A stretch of 64,000 bases of DNA from Candidatus Bathyarchaeia archaeon (GCA_049521795.1 JBEKOM010000006.1:35663-99662); one strand, 5' to 3'; counted from the first letter of the stretch, positions 9,452 to 19,901 are shown. The notes: a model not told the origin generated them from the sequence alone. Made by a program: numbers and translations.

Positions 9452-11387
9452 TAGAAGCCCTCCTTTCCCTGAAAGTGCTCATGTAGAATATGAACTTTCT
9501 CAGTCGGTGATTGTTGAGTATCCAGGTAGCCGTGGTGTCCACGATGAGCCTGAACTGGCCGTAGTTCCATTTTGCAATCTTGTCTGCAATGAAGAGAGGC
9601 TTGTTGTGTCCGAATGCTTCTGGAATGCTGGAAGGAGCCATCGCCGTCAACATGATCATGATCATGTCTTGAAGCCTGTTTGCGGCATCCTTGTCCTTGA
9701 AAAGAACAACCTCAACGGGCTCCTTGGCGCCTCCATACTCGTTCCAAAACGCCGTGATGTTTTGGGGTTTGCAGTCGTACTCTGGATAGACTAGCCGGTC
9801 AATCAGCAAGACGTTGCTGCGAAGCAGCGAGTCCGTCTTCGCCTGGCTCAGTTGAATGTACGTCTTGACAAAAACCTTCTCCAAGCCTATTCTGTTCTTT
9901 ATAGCTCCTGAGACGAAGCCTTTTCGGTTCAGATGGTCCGGAACCATCGTTCGGAAGGCCGAGTCGTACTCTATCAGGCTCCAAGGCGGCTTGATTTCAG
10001 TCGGGTTCAGCATGCTCGTTGACTGTAGTATCATGCGGTCAGTGTTCGGCAGTTTTTCAAAATCCACTTTTGAGACGTTGGTTTTGAGAAGACCTTCATT
10101 GTGCATTATAGGGACCAGCTGCCGCTTGAAGTCTCTTGCCGCCGTGTCCTTCGTTATGCCGATGAGCAGGACGCGTCTTTTCCAGCACTCTTCCATGATC
10201 ATGTGAAGAGTGAAAAGCGTGAGGAAAGCGATGTCGACGGTTGTGAGCCACTGTTCTTCACCGTCCTTCAAGACTTTCATGAGGCTTGACGTCTTGGTCG
10301 CTGATGTTTCGGTGAAGAAGAATCTGTCGCCCAGGCTGATGACCAGCTTTTTGACGCGTTGAAGAACCGTGCTGTACTTTGGGTCCAAACTGTAAGTCTC
10401 GTCCTTCTTGGCCAGAACATGCTCGTCGACAGAGCGCTTCAAATGCCGAGCAACCCTCTTGGCCCTTTTTTCGTCGCTTATGCCCAGTTCGACTAGAATC
10501 TGCTTCTCAGCTAAGGGCCCCTTCTGTCTGATCAACTCGATTATCGCATGGCTCAAGTAGTCGCCTCTTGGAGGAGGCAAGCCTAAAGCTTCGTTGCAGA
10601 CGCACTGTCTTGCGATCGTCAAATCGTTGATGTCAAGCGGCTCATCATCGCCGTTTCTGTAGCCGATCAGGCTGCACCTCGTCTTCCACAGATCTCGTTT
10701 CGCCGTGTCGTAGACGAGGCTTGCCCGCTCAGTCGATAGGCTTCTGTCCAAGAAGATTATGCGAATCTGTTGGCTGGGGTCTGCTACAAGCTTGTAAGTC
10801 AAGTAGTATTCTGCGAAGGTCATTATCCAGTTTGCGATCGTTGCGTTGTTTATGATCGACTGGTCGGTGAGCGGTTTGTTCGGGTTGACCTCGCCGGACT
10901 CTTCGGCCTCAAAGAAGGCTTGGTCCACCTCTGGGATTTCGTTGACGTAGACCGGCACGACGCTTGATATTCCCGCGGCCTGTTGAATCGTTTTCGTGTC
11001 ATACTTCACCCGCGGAGCTTCTTTCTCAAGAAAAGTTATGGTGCCCGTCGACGCGTAAGCTCCTCCGAAGAAGATCACCAAGTCAAACAGAGGTCGCGAG
11101 TACATCGTACCGTCTATGCCCGCAAAGCGGACGCTGGAAGCGCCGAAGAAATCTTTCGCAGTTTCATACGCGTTTCCGGAGTCAAACTGCATTCTCACAA
11201 AGTTTGAGAGCAGATCATCGTAAAGGTTTCTCAACGATGAAAAACGCTGCTCATAATCCGAAACCTGTGATGAAGCTCCCAGCCTCAGTGCTTCACTCGT
11301 CCGTTTTATTGCACCGCTTAACGACGACATCCCGTCAGTTCTCTCCAGCATCACATGATGATCATCTAATGGTAAAAGCGTTGTCAA
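9429..11387 (-). CDS. Large NurA-family nuclease with inserted winged-helix domain
   Basis: FAGIDGT, IFLDRSL, LIGITKD, GHNKPLFIADKIAK NurA motifs; overlaps the herA start. Confidence 0.8.
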   Translation of the reverse strand: MTTLLPLDDHHVMLERTDGMSSLSGAIKRTSEALRLGASSQVSDYEQRFSSLRNLYDDLLSNFVRMQFDSGNAYETAKDFFGASSVRFAGIDGTMYSRPLFDLVIFFGGAYASTGTITFLEKEAPRVKYDTKTIQQAAGISSVVPVYVNEIPEVDQAFFEAEESGEVNPNKPLTDQSIINNATIANWIMTFAEYYLTYKLVADPSQQIRIIFLDRSLSTERASLVYDTAKRDLWKTRCSLIGYRNGDDEPLDINDLTIARQCVCNEALGLPPPRGDYLSHAIIELIRQKGPLAEKQILVELGISDEKRAKRVARHLKRSVDEHVLAKKDETYSLDPKYSTVLQRVKKLVISLGDRFFFTETSATKTSSLMKVLKDGEEQWLTTVDIAFLTLFTLHMIMEECWKRRVLLIGITKDTAARDFKRQLVPIMHNEGLLKTNVSKVDFEKLPNTDRMILQSTSMLNPTEIKPPWSLIEYDSAFRTMVPDHLNRKGFVSGAIKNRIGLEKVFVKTYIQLSQAKTDSLLRSNVLLIDRLVYPEYDCKPQNITAFWNEYGGAKEPVEVVLFKDKDAANRLQDMIMIMLTAMAPSSIPEAFGHNKPLFIADKIAKWNYGQFRLIVDTTATWILNNHRLRKFIFYMSTFRERRASIEAARRE

Positions 11388-11437
11388 CTAGCGCGCGCTA
11401 GGGTTTTGGAATGTTTTATATTTGCTCATTATTCTAG

Positions 11438-12907
11438 ATGATCGTCATGCCTAAAATTGAACTCAGATCCAAGCTCACTCTCTTTGACGTGACGAACCTA
11501 GTAGTGGGAGCAATCATAGGCGCAGATATTTATGTAGCCTCATCGCTTGGAGCGGCTCTTCTAGGCCCATTTTCACTGGTAGTGTGGGTGATTGCAGGGA
11601 TCTTTGCCATCGTCATTGCTTTGTGCTTCGCTGAGTGCGCTGCTATGGTCCCAAAAGTCGGAGGACCATACGCGTATGCAAGAGAAGCTTGGGGACCGTT
11701 CGCTGGATTCACTGTCGGCTGGTCGCTGTGGCTAGCAGAATGGATCTCACTCGCAGTTTTTCCAGTGGCCTTCACCCAATACTGCGTGTTCTTCCTTCCG
11801 GGCATGGATATTTTTTCTCAGACAGCCGTAAAAGTGTTGTTCATAATCTTCTTGATAGCCACAAACATCTTTGGTGTCAAAGCTGCGGGAAGAACAAACG
11901 ACGCTCTGACCTTGGCCAAACTTGCCCCGTTGATCTTCTTTTCCGCAGTCGGCATTATTTATGTAGTTTCAAACACGGGAACGGCAGCCAGCAACTTCTC
12001 GCCGTTTTCTCCCTTCGGCTTGGGAAACTTCGGCCCCGCCCTCATTCTCATATTCTGGGCATACGCGGGCTTTGAGATTTCAACCATACCGGCAGGAGAG
12101 ATCGACAACCCTCGCCGAACCATTCCAAAGGCAATACTGCTAGGGATTTCAATCGTCACCGTATTCTACTTGACGACGAACTTTGTACTTCTGGGCGTAA
12201 CAAATTGGAGTCAACTGTCAAGGAATGCGCCACTTGCCACGGCCACAAGCACTGCGCTCGGGTCAATACCGACGCTGGCGTTGGCGGGTGCGTACATAGT
12301 TGGAATTGGAGCTCTGATTTCTATAGCTGGGTCAGACGAGTCTGGAATGATAGGGACCTCTAGACTCGGCTACGCGTTGGCTGCGGACGGCCTTTTTCCC
12401 CGCGCGTTTGCTCGAATTCACCCGAAGTTCAAGACACCCTATCTGGGCATCATCATACAATCGGTCACTGCGTTGGTGGCAGCGATTGTGGGGGGACTGC
12501 AAATGCTCATAGCCACTTCCGTGTTCTTCATGTCAGTTGCCTACGCAGCAACCAGCGCGTCCGTCTTCTGGCTACATCGGAAGAGCGGAGAATCTCAAGG
12601 CCACCTCGGGGGCCGCGTAATTCTCCCAAGCCTCGGAGTGATCTTCTCCGTCTACCTGATCTCACAGTGCACGCCGACACAGATCGCGATTGGGCTAGCT
12701 CTACTCCTCGTAGGAGTTCCCATATACATCAAATACTCTCCGAAGAAGGAAATAGCAGAACTGAAAGAAACATTGATTTCAAGAGAAGCTATATTGAAAA
12801 GAGCCTATGAACAAGAGCACACATTCTTGGCTCATGCCCTCCGGCACATCAAGAAATACTACAGAAGGGTGACTGGCAAAAAACAAACCTGGGACGAAGC
12901 AAAATGA
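11438..12907 (+). CDS. APC family amino acid permease
   Basis: GAIIGADIY, PKVGGPYAY, WAYAGFE, about 12 hydrophobic segments. Confidence 0.92.
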   Translation: MIVMPKIELRSKLTLFDVTNLVVGAIIGADIYVASSLGAALLGPFSLVVWVIAGIFAIVIALCFAECAAMVPKVGGPYAYAREAWGPFAGFTVGWSLWLAEWISLAVFPVAFTQYCVFFLPGMDIFSQTAVKVLFIIFLIATNIFGVKAAGRTNDALTLAKLAPLIFFSAVGIIYVVSNTGTAASNFSPFSPFGLGNFGPALILIFWAYAGFEISTIPAGEIDNPRRTIPKAILLGISIVTVFYLTTNFVLLGVTNWSQLSRNAPLATATSTALGSIPTLALAGAYIVGIGALISIAGSDESGMIGTSRLGYALAADGLFPRAFARIHPKFKTPYLGIIIQSVTALVAAIVGGLQMLIATSVFFMSVAYAATSASVFWLHRKSGESQGHLGGRVILPSLGVIFSVYLISQCTPTQIAIGLALLLVGVPIYIKYSPKKEIAELKETLISREAILKRAYEQEHTFLAHALRHIKKYYRRVTGKKQTWDEAK

Positions 12908-13092
12908 GCCAATCTTGTTGTGGGGTCCAGTGCATCTGAAAAGTGTTATCTCGCAGGCACAAGATGAAGCAAAGAGCCTAAACTTGACGGAGAAAAAGCG
13001 CTTGTGAAAGCGCGTGCATCTCAGGTCGTCTGCTCTTTAGACTTCTTAAAATATACGGAGATTCATATGGTCTAGTACAGGACAGGACGGCC

Positions 13093-13995
13093 ATGTCCAT
13101 GAAGGAACTTGACCTTCTTCTGACTTACAAGTGCAACATGGAGTGTGATCACTGCTTCGTCTTTGGGAGTCCAGACGCAAAAGGAGTGATGAAGATTTCC
13201 GATGTGCGAGAAATATTAAGCGAAGCAGAAAAGGTCAGAACTATCGAGTGGATCTGTTTTGAAGGCGGTGAACCGGTTCTCTACTACCCCATACTCCTGT
13301 GGGGACTGCGCGAAGCAAAGAAGTTAGGGTTCAAGACAGCGTTCATCACGAACGCTTATTGGGCCACCTCGGTTGAAGATGCAAAAGAATGGCTGAAACC
13401 CATCTCAGAAATAGGCGTATCCGATGCGGTGATCAGCGAAGATGAATTCCACTATGGCAAAGAAGAAGAGAATCTCGCAAAATACGCTCTTCAAGCGGCC
13501 AAGGACCTTGGGTTACCCGTGAGCAGCATCAGCATAGAGCAACCCAAGAAAGACCTGACTGGAAGAAACTGGAAAGGAGAGCCCGTGAGAGAAGGCGCTG
13601 TCCTCTTCAAAGGAAGACCTGCCGAAAAACTGACTGAAGGTTTGCCTAGAAGACCATGGCAAGAACTTGACAAGTGCCTAGACGAAGACTTCTCGAACCA
13701 AAAGCGGGTACACATCGACCCGTTCGGGTACGTCCACGTGTGCCAAGGCATAACCATAGGCAACATGAAAAAGACAGCACTGCACCTGTTATTCGAACAG
13801 TTTGACCCGTACAAACACCCAGTTTGCGGACCGATTCTGAAGGGCGGCCCAGCTGAACTGGTCAGAAGATATCATGTTGATCATGAAGAAGGCTATGTGG
13901 ACGAGTGCCACCTCTGCTATTCTGCCCGCGTGAAGCTGAGAAAGATGTTTCCAGAGATTCTCGCACCGGATCAAATGTATGGGCTCCACACTTGA
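13093..13995 (+). CDS. Radical SAM protein with SPASM/twitch-like C-terminal cysteines
   Basis: CNMECDHC, FEGGEP, ITNAYWA, DECHLC. Confidence 0.88.
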   Translation: MSMKELDLLLTYKCNMECDHCFVFGSPDAKGVMKISDVREILSEAEKVRTIEWICFEGGEPVLYYPILLWGLREAKKLGFKTAFITNAYWATSVEDAKEWLKPISEIGVSDAVISEDEFHYGKEEENLAKYALQAAKDLGLPVSSISIEQPKKDLTGRNWKGEPVREGAVLFKGRPAEKLTEGLPRRPWQELDKCLDEDFSNQKRVHIDPFGYVHVCQGITIGNMKKTALHLLFEQFDPYKHPVCGPILKGGPAELVRRYHVDHEEGYVDECHLCYSARVKLRKMFPEILAPDQMYGLHT

Positions 13996-14256
13996 AACAA
14001 GGATCTAGGGTGTTTTGATTCACCCTGAATCTTAGGGGAAACACTGCATTCAATGAACATGATGTGCTCGTTGAAAATGTTTGGGTATGCCAAGAAGAAC
14101 AGTCCCAATCAACATTGAGGAAAATGAAGTCAACGCTTGGGGCTGGGACCGCGTAATCGAAATGAGAAAATAATAGTCAGACATCAATTTTGATCCTTCC
14201 CATTACGGAATGAAGATCTGAATATAGAACGACGAATGTTTACAAAAGAGCGTAGC

Positions 14257-14898
14257 TTAATGGCCCTGCACGTTTTCGAGAGGGCAAGCTGAATCTTCCA
14301 CAACGTGGAAAGCCCCTTTTCTTCCAACTCTCAGTTGCTTTTCGCCTCTGAACGTGGATATGCTTCCGTTTTCAATTTGAACAGTGTCTCCTGTAGACAG
14401 AGAGCTTATCTGTTCGTTCCACAAGCACAGCTTGATCCTTCCAGTTTCGTCTGATATCAAGGCGTTAGCCACGCTGGCGTAGTTGCCGAACCTTGTAAAT
14501 ACGAGGTTAGGCTTCGCAATTTCTAGGACCTTAGCCTTCAAGTTTACCTTCTTCATACCGGCCTTCAAATCTCTGATTTGAAACGATTGGGGTCCATTGT
14601 TCTTGTTGATCAGACGCCTTCGGAACATGCTGGTATCGCTGAGGTCTTTGATTGACTTGTTTTGTTCGAAGAGAAACTCTTTAGAAACAGGAAATTGAGC
14701 GACGACCTTTGCACCGTTCGTTATCAGCAGAACCACCTTGTTCCGGTGTGTTCCACGGCTTTCGATCGAGAGGGTGCCACACGTGGATTCGCCGCTTTCT
14801 GCCGCTGATGTCAAAGCTTCGAAAAATCTGCTGGGACCGACGTCATACTTTGCTGAAAGAAATGCCAAGTATTCGCCGGCTGACACTTTGTTCCGCAT
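14257..14898 (-). CDS. Single-stranded DNA-binding OB-fold protein (SSB/RPA-like) with extra N-terminal domain
   Basis: C-terminal IRDLKAGMKKVNLKAKV...ISDETGRIKLCLWNEQ...GDTVQIENG...FRGEKQL typical of archaeal SSB/RPA; start uncertain. Confidence 0.82.
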   Translation of the reverse strand: MRNKVSAGEYLAFLSAKYDVGPSRFFEALTSAAESGESTCGTLSIESRGTHRNKVVLLITNGAKVVAQFPVSKEFLFEQNKSIKDLSDTSMFRRRLINKNNGPQSFQIRDLKAGMKKVNLKAKVLEIAKPNLVFTRFGNYASVANALISDETGRIKLCLWNEQISSLSTGDTVQIENGSISTFRGEKQLRVGRKGAFHVVEDSACPLENVQGH

Positions 14899-15267
14899 TG
14901 AGTTTTCTCCACAGTAAGCGTCGTCTCTCAGGTTGAGAGAATGGCGCTTCTCGCCTTCTCCCGATGGCATCCCCTGTCAACGATAGAAGGACACTGCAAG
15001 ATAACTGCACGCTCCCTTATAAGGACAATCCAAGACTGATGACAAAAAGGCGAAACGCGCTCAAAAGACCTGGTGACCGCATCTTTCCTTCAGAATCGCC
15101 TGGAATTTCAAGGGATATTGTGTTGGGAGCAATGCGAGAATCGGCAATTTGTGGTCGGCAGGACAGATGTTTGAGCTACTTGTTTCGCGATCAGAGCAAC
15201 TATTGGAAAAGGCATAATTGCATCGTTGCTGAGTGTATGACAAGAAGTCGATGCGGTAAGTGCCTGA

Positions 15268-15846
15268 TTGGCAAGCCAAAATAGTGTAACTATTCCAATT
15301 CACAAGCCCAGAGTCCAGGAGAAACTGTTCTTTCTGATTTCAGGTATGATAGTGAGCATTCCTTTGACGTTGTTTGTCACCACGTTCACAGACTACCTGC
15401 TGTCCATCGGTACGTCAACAGTCTACGCTGGCGTTCTGTCGACCGTGCTTTTTGCACCATTAGTCGAAGAATTCTCTAAGGCGTATCCACTTTTTTATCG
15501 TCACGCCGAGACGGAACGATCCATCTTCACACTCGGGTTTCTAGTTGGTTTAGGATTCGGCATCGTAGAATTGATAGAGTACGTAGTGATTGTTGGCCAA
15601 CCATTGCTGCTTAGGTTACCGTTAGTGTTCTTCCATGCATCGGCCACTTCAATTACTGCTTTCGGAATTGCGAAAAAGCGAATTCTCCCCTTCTATCTAG
15701 TCGCTGTGGGTTTGCACTTGTTTAACAACCTGTTTGCGGTACTGGGACCCGTTTGGGATGTAGGAGGCCCCGCCTTCATAGGAGCAGCCTACTTTCTATC
15801 TTGGTTTCTCTACGGAAAAACTCAGGAATACATGATCCCTTTCTAG
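15268..15846 (+). CDS. PrsW family glutamic intramembrane protease
   Basis: APLVEEFSK, GLGFGIVE, FFHAS, LHLFNN. Confidence 0.85.
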   Translation: MASQNSVTIPIHKPRVQEKLFFLISGMIVSIPLTLFVTTFTDYLLSIGTSTVYAGVLSTVLFAPLVEEFSKAYPLFYRHAETERSIFTLGFLVGLGFGIVELIEYVVIVGQPLLLRLPLVFFHASATSITAFGIAKKRILPFYLVAVGLHLFNNLFAVLGPVWDVGGPAFIGAAYFLSWFLYGKTQEYMIPF

Positions 15847-16043
15847 TCAAAGATCAATTGAAAAGACATTGAGCGAGAACGGATTAGCAGGCCCAACCAA
15901 ACGCGAAACACTCTCGTCCATGAACACAGATCGATGCACCCAGAATGTTGTTTGCTCCCTCAAGGTCGAACAAGTCGCCTGCTGCTGTGCTGCTTTCGAG
16001 CTACCTTAACATCCAAGTCGATGACTCATGCAGATTGTAGGAT

Positions 16044-16187
16044 CTACTTCACGAACTTCATCGGGTGTCTCTTGAACCTCTTCTTGCAGCTCACGCTGCA
16101 AAAGTGATAGGTTTCACCGTCAAACGTGATCTTAAACTTGGATGTTTTGTCGTCCAGAACCGTGCCGCAAACTGGATCCTTAGGCAT
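16044..16187 (-). CDS. YHS/TRASH-domain small metal-binding protein (47 aa)
   Basis: Manual translation MPKDPVCGTVLDDKTSKFKITFDGETYHFCSVSCKKRFKRHPMKFVK; below the ORF-track cutoff. Confidence 0.88.
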   Translation of the reverse strand: MPKDPVCGTVLDDKTSKFKITFDGETYHFCSVSCKKRFKRHPMKFVK

Positions 16188-16256
16188 TACCCTGATCTTA
16201 ACCTCAGTGGAAAGTACACCTTCGGCTTATTATCATTAGTGGTGAGAAAAGCTGTA

Positions 16257-16283
16257 AACAAAAAAAGTGATAGGGAAAAAAAG
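16257..16283 (-). terminator. Putative archaeal oligo-T terminator
   Basis: TTTTTTTCCCTATCACTTTTTTTGTTT on the minus strand just downstream of the CxxC gene stop. Confidence 0.45.
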
Positions 16284-16317
16284 GTGTAAAACGAAGATGA
16301 TATGTTAGCTAATGAGC

Positions 16318-16455
16318 TTAATATCTTCGTGGCGGTCTTCGTTTAGAATAACACTCTTGGCAGTATACTGGTCTGCTTCCGTCTGGTTTGAAGGGAACTT
16401 CGCATTCCTTTCCGCAATCAGCACAAACTGCCTTATGCATCTCTTTTCTATACAT
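16318..16455 (-). CDS. CxxC-x17-CxxC domain protein (45 aa)
   Basis: Manual translation MYRKEMHKAVCADCGKECEVPFKPDGSRPVYCQECYSKRRPPRRY; GGAG SD upstream. Confidence 0.9.
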   Translation of the reverse strand: MYRKEMHKAVCADCGKECEVPFKPDGSRPVYCQECYSKRRPPRRY

Positions 16456-16595
16456 CTGCTCTTTCAACTCCTTCTGCTGTTTAGCGCAAAAAATTCTTTT
16501 TGCACAAATTCTTGATGTGTGTACGCCTTTTTAACCTTATCCATTTGTCAGGGTCATTTTCACGGTTGTTTCATGAACTGATAGTGTTAGATGTC

Positions 16596-17762
16596 TTATA
16601 CGAATTCTTGAATTGGAGAATCAGCTGAAGAGTCAGCTAGTTTTTCTATTGTGGTTTTGGTCAGGGCCTTTATGTTGTTGAAGTCTGACATCTCTCCATA
16701 GCTTACAAGCGTTATGGCTGTTCCTTCGCCTCCCACCCTGGCTGTTCTGCCGATTCTGTGGAAGTAGACCAATGCGTCCAACGGTACATCGTAGTTTATT
16801 ATGTGAGTTATTCCCTGAATGTCTAGGCCTCTCGCTGCAACGTCGGTAGCGATGAGCAGTTTCAGTTTTCTATTCCTGAACAGGTTGATGACAAAGTCCC
16901 TTTGGGATTGGGTGAAGCCTGCGTGTAACGGTTTTGCATCAAATCCTCTGTTTCGCAACGTTTCTGCCAGCATGCTCGTCTCTGTCCGGGTTCTGCAGAA
17001 TATTATGGCTCGGCCTATGTGGTTCTCGTCCAAGATTTTGCATAGAGTCTTGAGCTTGTCATGAGAGTTCACGATCGTGTAATACTGGTTCATCTGTGTG
17101 AGGGCTATCTCGTCTTTGCTTACGAGTATTTTTTGCGGGTTCTTCATGTATCTGTTGCACACGTTCATGACCGTTTGGTCTATCGTCGCTGAGAAAAGGC
17201 TCGTCTGCCTGTTTGACGGTACTCTCGAAAGTATGAATTCAATATCCTCTATGAACCCCATGTCGAGCATTCTGTCGGCCTCGTCTAGAACGACGATCTT
17301 CACTGATGCCAGATTTAGGATGTGTCTCTCAAGCAAGTCGATTATGCGGCCTGGCGTGCCGACGACTATTTGGACGCCGCTTCGCAATGCACGCATCTGC
17401 TTCTCAATCGACTCTCCACCGTAGACCGGCAACACTCTCAACCTTGCGTATTTTGCAAGTTGGTCGATGTGCTGTGCAACCTGAACGGCAAGTTCCCGGG
17501 TTGGCACTAGAACTAGACCTTGAACATTGTTGATTCCTGAGTTGACTCGTTCAATCATCGGAATTCCGAAAGCCGCGGTCTTACCGGTTCCGGTTTGTGC
17601 TTGTCCGATGACATCCCTGCCTTCAAGAAGCGGGGTTATGGCTTGAGCCTGTATCGGAAAAAGGTTACTGAACCCAAGCTCTTCTATGCTTTTCAAGACC
17701 TGCGAACTTATTGGCAGGTCCTTAAAGTACTCCATTTGCATATGTTTCATTTCTCCTGCCAC
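16596..17762 (-). CDS. DEAD-box ATP-dependent RNA helicase
   Basis: AQTGTGKT, PTRELA, DEAD, SAT, TDVAARGLD, HRIGRTAR. Confidence 0.96.
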   Translation of the reverse strand: MAGEMKHMQMEYFKDLPISSQVLKSIEELGFSNLFPIQAQAITPLLEGRDVIGQAQTGTGKTAAFGIPMIERVNSGINNVQGLVLVPTRELAVQVAQHIDQLAKYARLRVLPVYGGESIEKQMRALRSGVQIVVGTPGRIIDLLERHILNLASVKIVVLDEADRMLDMGFIEDIEFILSRVPSNRQTSLFSATIDQTVMNVCNRYMKNPQKILVSKDEIALTQMNQYYTIVNSHDKLKTLCKILDENHIGRAIIFCRTRTETSMLAETLRNRGFDAKPLHAGFTQSQRDFVINLFRNRKLKLLIATDVAARGLDIQGITHIINYDVPLDALVYFHRIGRTARVGGEGTAITLVSYGEMSDFNNIKALTKTTIEKLADSSADSPIQEFV

Positions 17763-18143
17763 AAAACTTTACATGCATTTCCAAAAGCTTTCAGAAGCTT
17801 CGTTAATTACATGAATTAATGTGACAAGCTCAGTAGACACTGATTCTCATATAAAAAGGTTTAGCATCCATAGGAAAGAAAAGAACCAGACAAGACTCAT
17901 GAACAATGAAGAAAACCTCAACAAGCCAGTCAAAACCCGATTTCAAGTACATTGCCAGAAGAATGTATTGTACTTTGGTCCGAGTTCAGTGTTTGAACCT
18001 ATCAAAACTTAACTTCGTTGTTGCCTTTTCTTACTCTGGCCAACCCTTTGAGTTTCACCGATAAACTTTCCAGCTCTTGCAAACTAGATTTAAGAAGTGT
18101 ATGGATGCACTTGTCGAGTCCCACTTCAAATCGCGCAAACTAG

Positions 18144-18809
18144 TTACAATGCGTCTTCGTAGACCGAGTCAGGCATGGGTTTCCGCCATGCATCCGGATT
18201 CTCGTACCTAAAAATGGGCGCCGTGTCCACTTTCTTCGCCTGCTGCCCAGCAACAAACTTTTTCATCTTCGCCAAGAGCTCTTGGTGAGTCTCCTCATCC
18301 TTTATGATCGTCTCGAAAACATCCTTCAAATCTTCTAAATCCACGTTATACCTTTCTCGGATCAACCCGGTCATTTGCTGGAGGGTCTTCATCCGAACAA
18401 GTGTATAATACTCCTCACCCATGGCACTCTCTAACAGCGAAAGCTTCTTCGTTAAGGAAGGCAGACTATCCACCAGCGTCTTCTTTTCATTGGCAATTTC
18501 ATATGAAACGTCATCAATCACCTTCCAAGATTTGCTTAGCCTCTTCTCACAATCCTTTGCCTTCAGCCTCGACCCTCCGAGGCTCTGACTTATGCCGTTA
18601 AGAATCGCCGAGTGCTTCTGAGAATCATAAGCTATGTGAAGCAAAAGAGACTTGATAAACGGAAGATCCACTCTATCAGCCAGATTCTTGTAAAGCAGAT
18701 AAGTCCTCTTCTCGAAAACACTGTCACACCACAGAGAATCCGTAATGTTATCCCTCTTATCCTTCTTCAAGCTACCCACCTGTGAATAATAGCAAGAGGG
18801 CAAGCTCAT
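18144..18809 (-). CDS. Ferritin-like/rubrerythrin-fold protein
   Basis: E..DSQKH and E..KDEETH diiron-type helical motifs; start may be GTG 18779. Confidence 0.6.
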   Translation of the reverse strand: MSLPSCYYSQVGSLKKDKRDNITDSLWCDSVFEKRTYLLYKNLADRVDLPFIKSLLLHIAYDSQKHSAILNGISQSLGGSRLKAKDCEKRLSKSWKVIDDVSYEIANEKKTLVDSLPSLTKKLSLLESAMGEEYYTLVRMKTLQQMTGLIRERYNVDLEDLKDVFETIIKDEETHQELLAKMKKFVAGQQAKKVDTAPIFRYENPDAWRKPMPDSVYEDAL

Positions 18810-19031
18810 AAACGGTTTATGAATCCACGATCCACGTTTATTCGCTCAATGAGGGAACCTCCAAACGATTCCGCTAGAGTGGAAAAAGTGCGAGCAAGGT
18901 CGCCTTCAACTGGGATCCGGGCAAGGATGAACATATGATGCCCTTCGATCGGTCGAAACTAGACCAAATCGTTAACGACATTTGCGAACTCCCACAGACT
19001 TGAAGAAATGCTAGACGACTAGTAGCAAGCT

Positions 19032-19571
19032 TCAGCCGAGGTGCTTTCCGAATTCGTCATAACTTACAATCTGGTCTAGTTTCTTTCTCTCGTGAAGCAA
19101 ATGCACAAGCTTCCGTGTCTGATCAAGTTGTTCCCGTGGATATCCCAATGCCAAGAGCGCGACAACCATGTAGTCTTCAGGGATTTTCAGCAATTTTTTC
19201 ACCTTGTCTTGTTCGAAGCTTCCAACCCAACAAGTGCCGAAGCGTTCGCTTGTTGCTGCCAGCACAATGTGTTCCAGCGCTATCGTAACGTCAACCATGT
19301 ACCATCTTGGCGAGACTTTCTGGTCACCGCAGCCGACGACGACAACGGGAGATTCAGCAAGAAAACCCGCATATCTGCCTTCTGAGAGCTTATTGCGCTT
19401 ATCTTTGTCTGTTACGAAAATAAATTGCCAAGGCTGAATGTTGCTGGCCGAAGGCGCAAGCTGGGCGGCTTCTGCGATCTTGAGTAATAGTTCATTCGGA
19501 ACCGGCTTTGGGCTATATGCGCGAACAGACTTTCTGTTCTTGATGGCTTCGAAAACGTCCATAACTACCAA
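19032..19571 (-). CDS. Nitroreductase family protein
   Basis: RKSVRAY, APSASNIQPW, GTCWVG, LALGYP. Confidence 0.93.
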   Translation of the reverse strand: MVVMDVFEAIKNRKSVRAYSPKPVPNELLLKIAEAAQLAPSASNIQPWQFIFVTDKDKRNKLSEGRYAGFLAESPVVVVGCGDQKVSPRWYMVDVTIALEHIVLAATSERFGTCWVGSFEQDKVKKLLKIPEDYMVVALLALGYPREQLDQTRKLVHLLHERKKLDQIVSYDEFGKHLG

Positions 19572-19738
19572 ACCCTTTGGGTGGACTGCCTCGAGCTAAG
19601 ATATATTGCTTGCCATAATGATTCGCCTCGAAACCTCCAATCCCACTTTTTCTATCCAAATCAGCAAGAAATTTCTCTGATGGCTCGCGAGCTCGGAAAG
19701 CGGCTTGAACCCTGCTGACGTGCGCGCGCACATTCAGA

Positions 19739-19867
19739 ATGAACTCTGACGACAAGTTCTACGTGAGAGTGACGGAAACCCCAGAAGAGATTAAAATGTT
19801 ATTAGAAACGGGGTTTGAATACGTATGCCAGAAAGACTACAAGGTGTTCCTGAGAAAACGGAAATAA
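19739..19867 (+). pseudogene. Remnant resembling the C-terminal tail of Bathyarchaeia tyrosine integrases
   Basis: MNSDDKFYVRVTETPEEIKMLLETGFEYVCQKDYKVFLRKRK resembles the tail I recall from these integrases (unverified); no catalytic domain upstream; ends 34 bp before tRNA-Ser. Confidence 0.6.
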
Positions 19868-19901
19868 GCATCAAGAACCTATCAAGTCAGCCAGAAACAG
19901 G

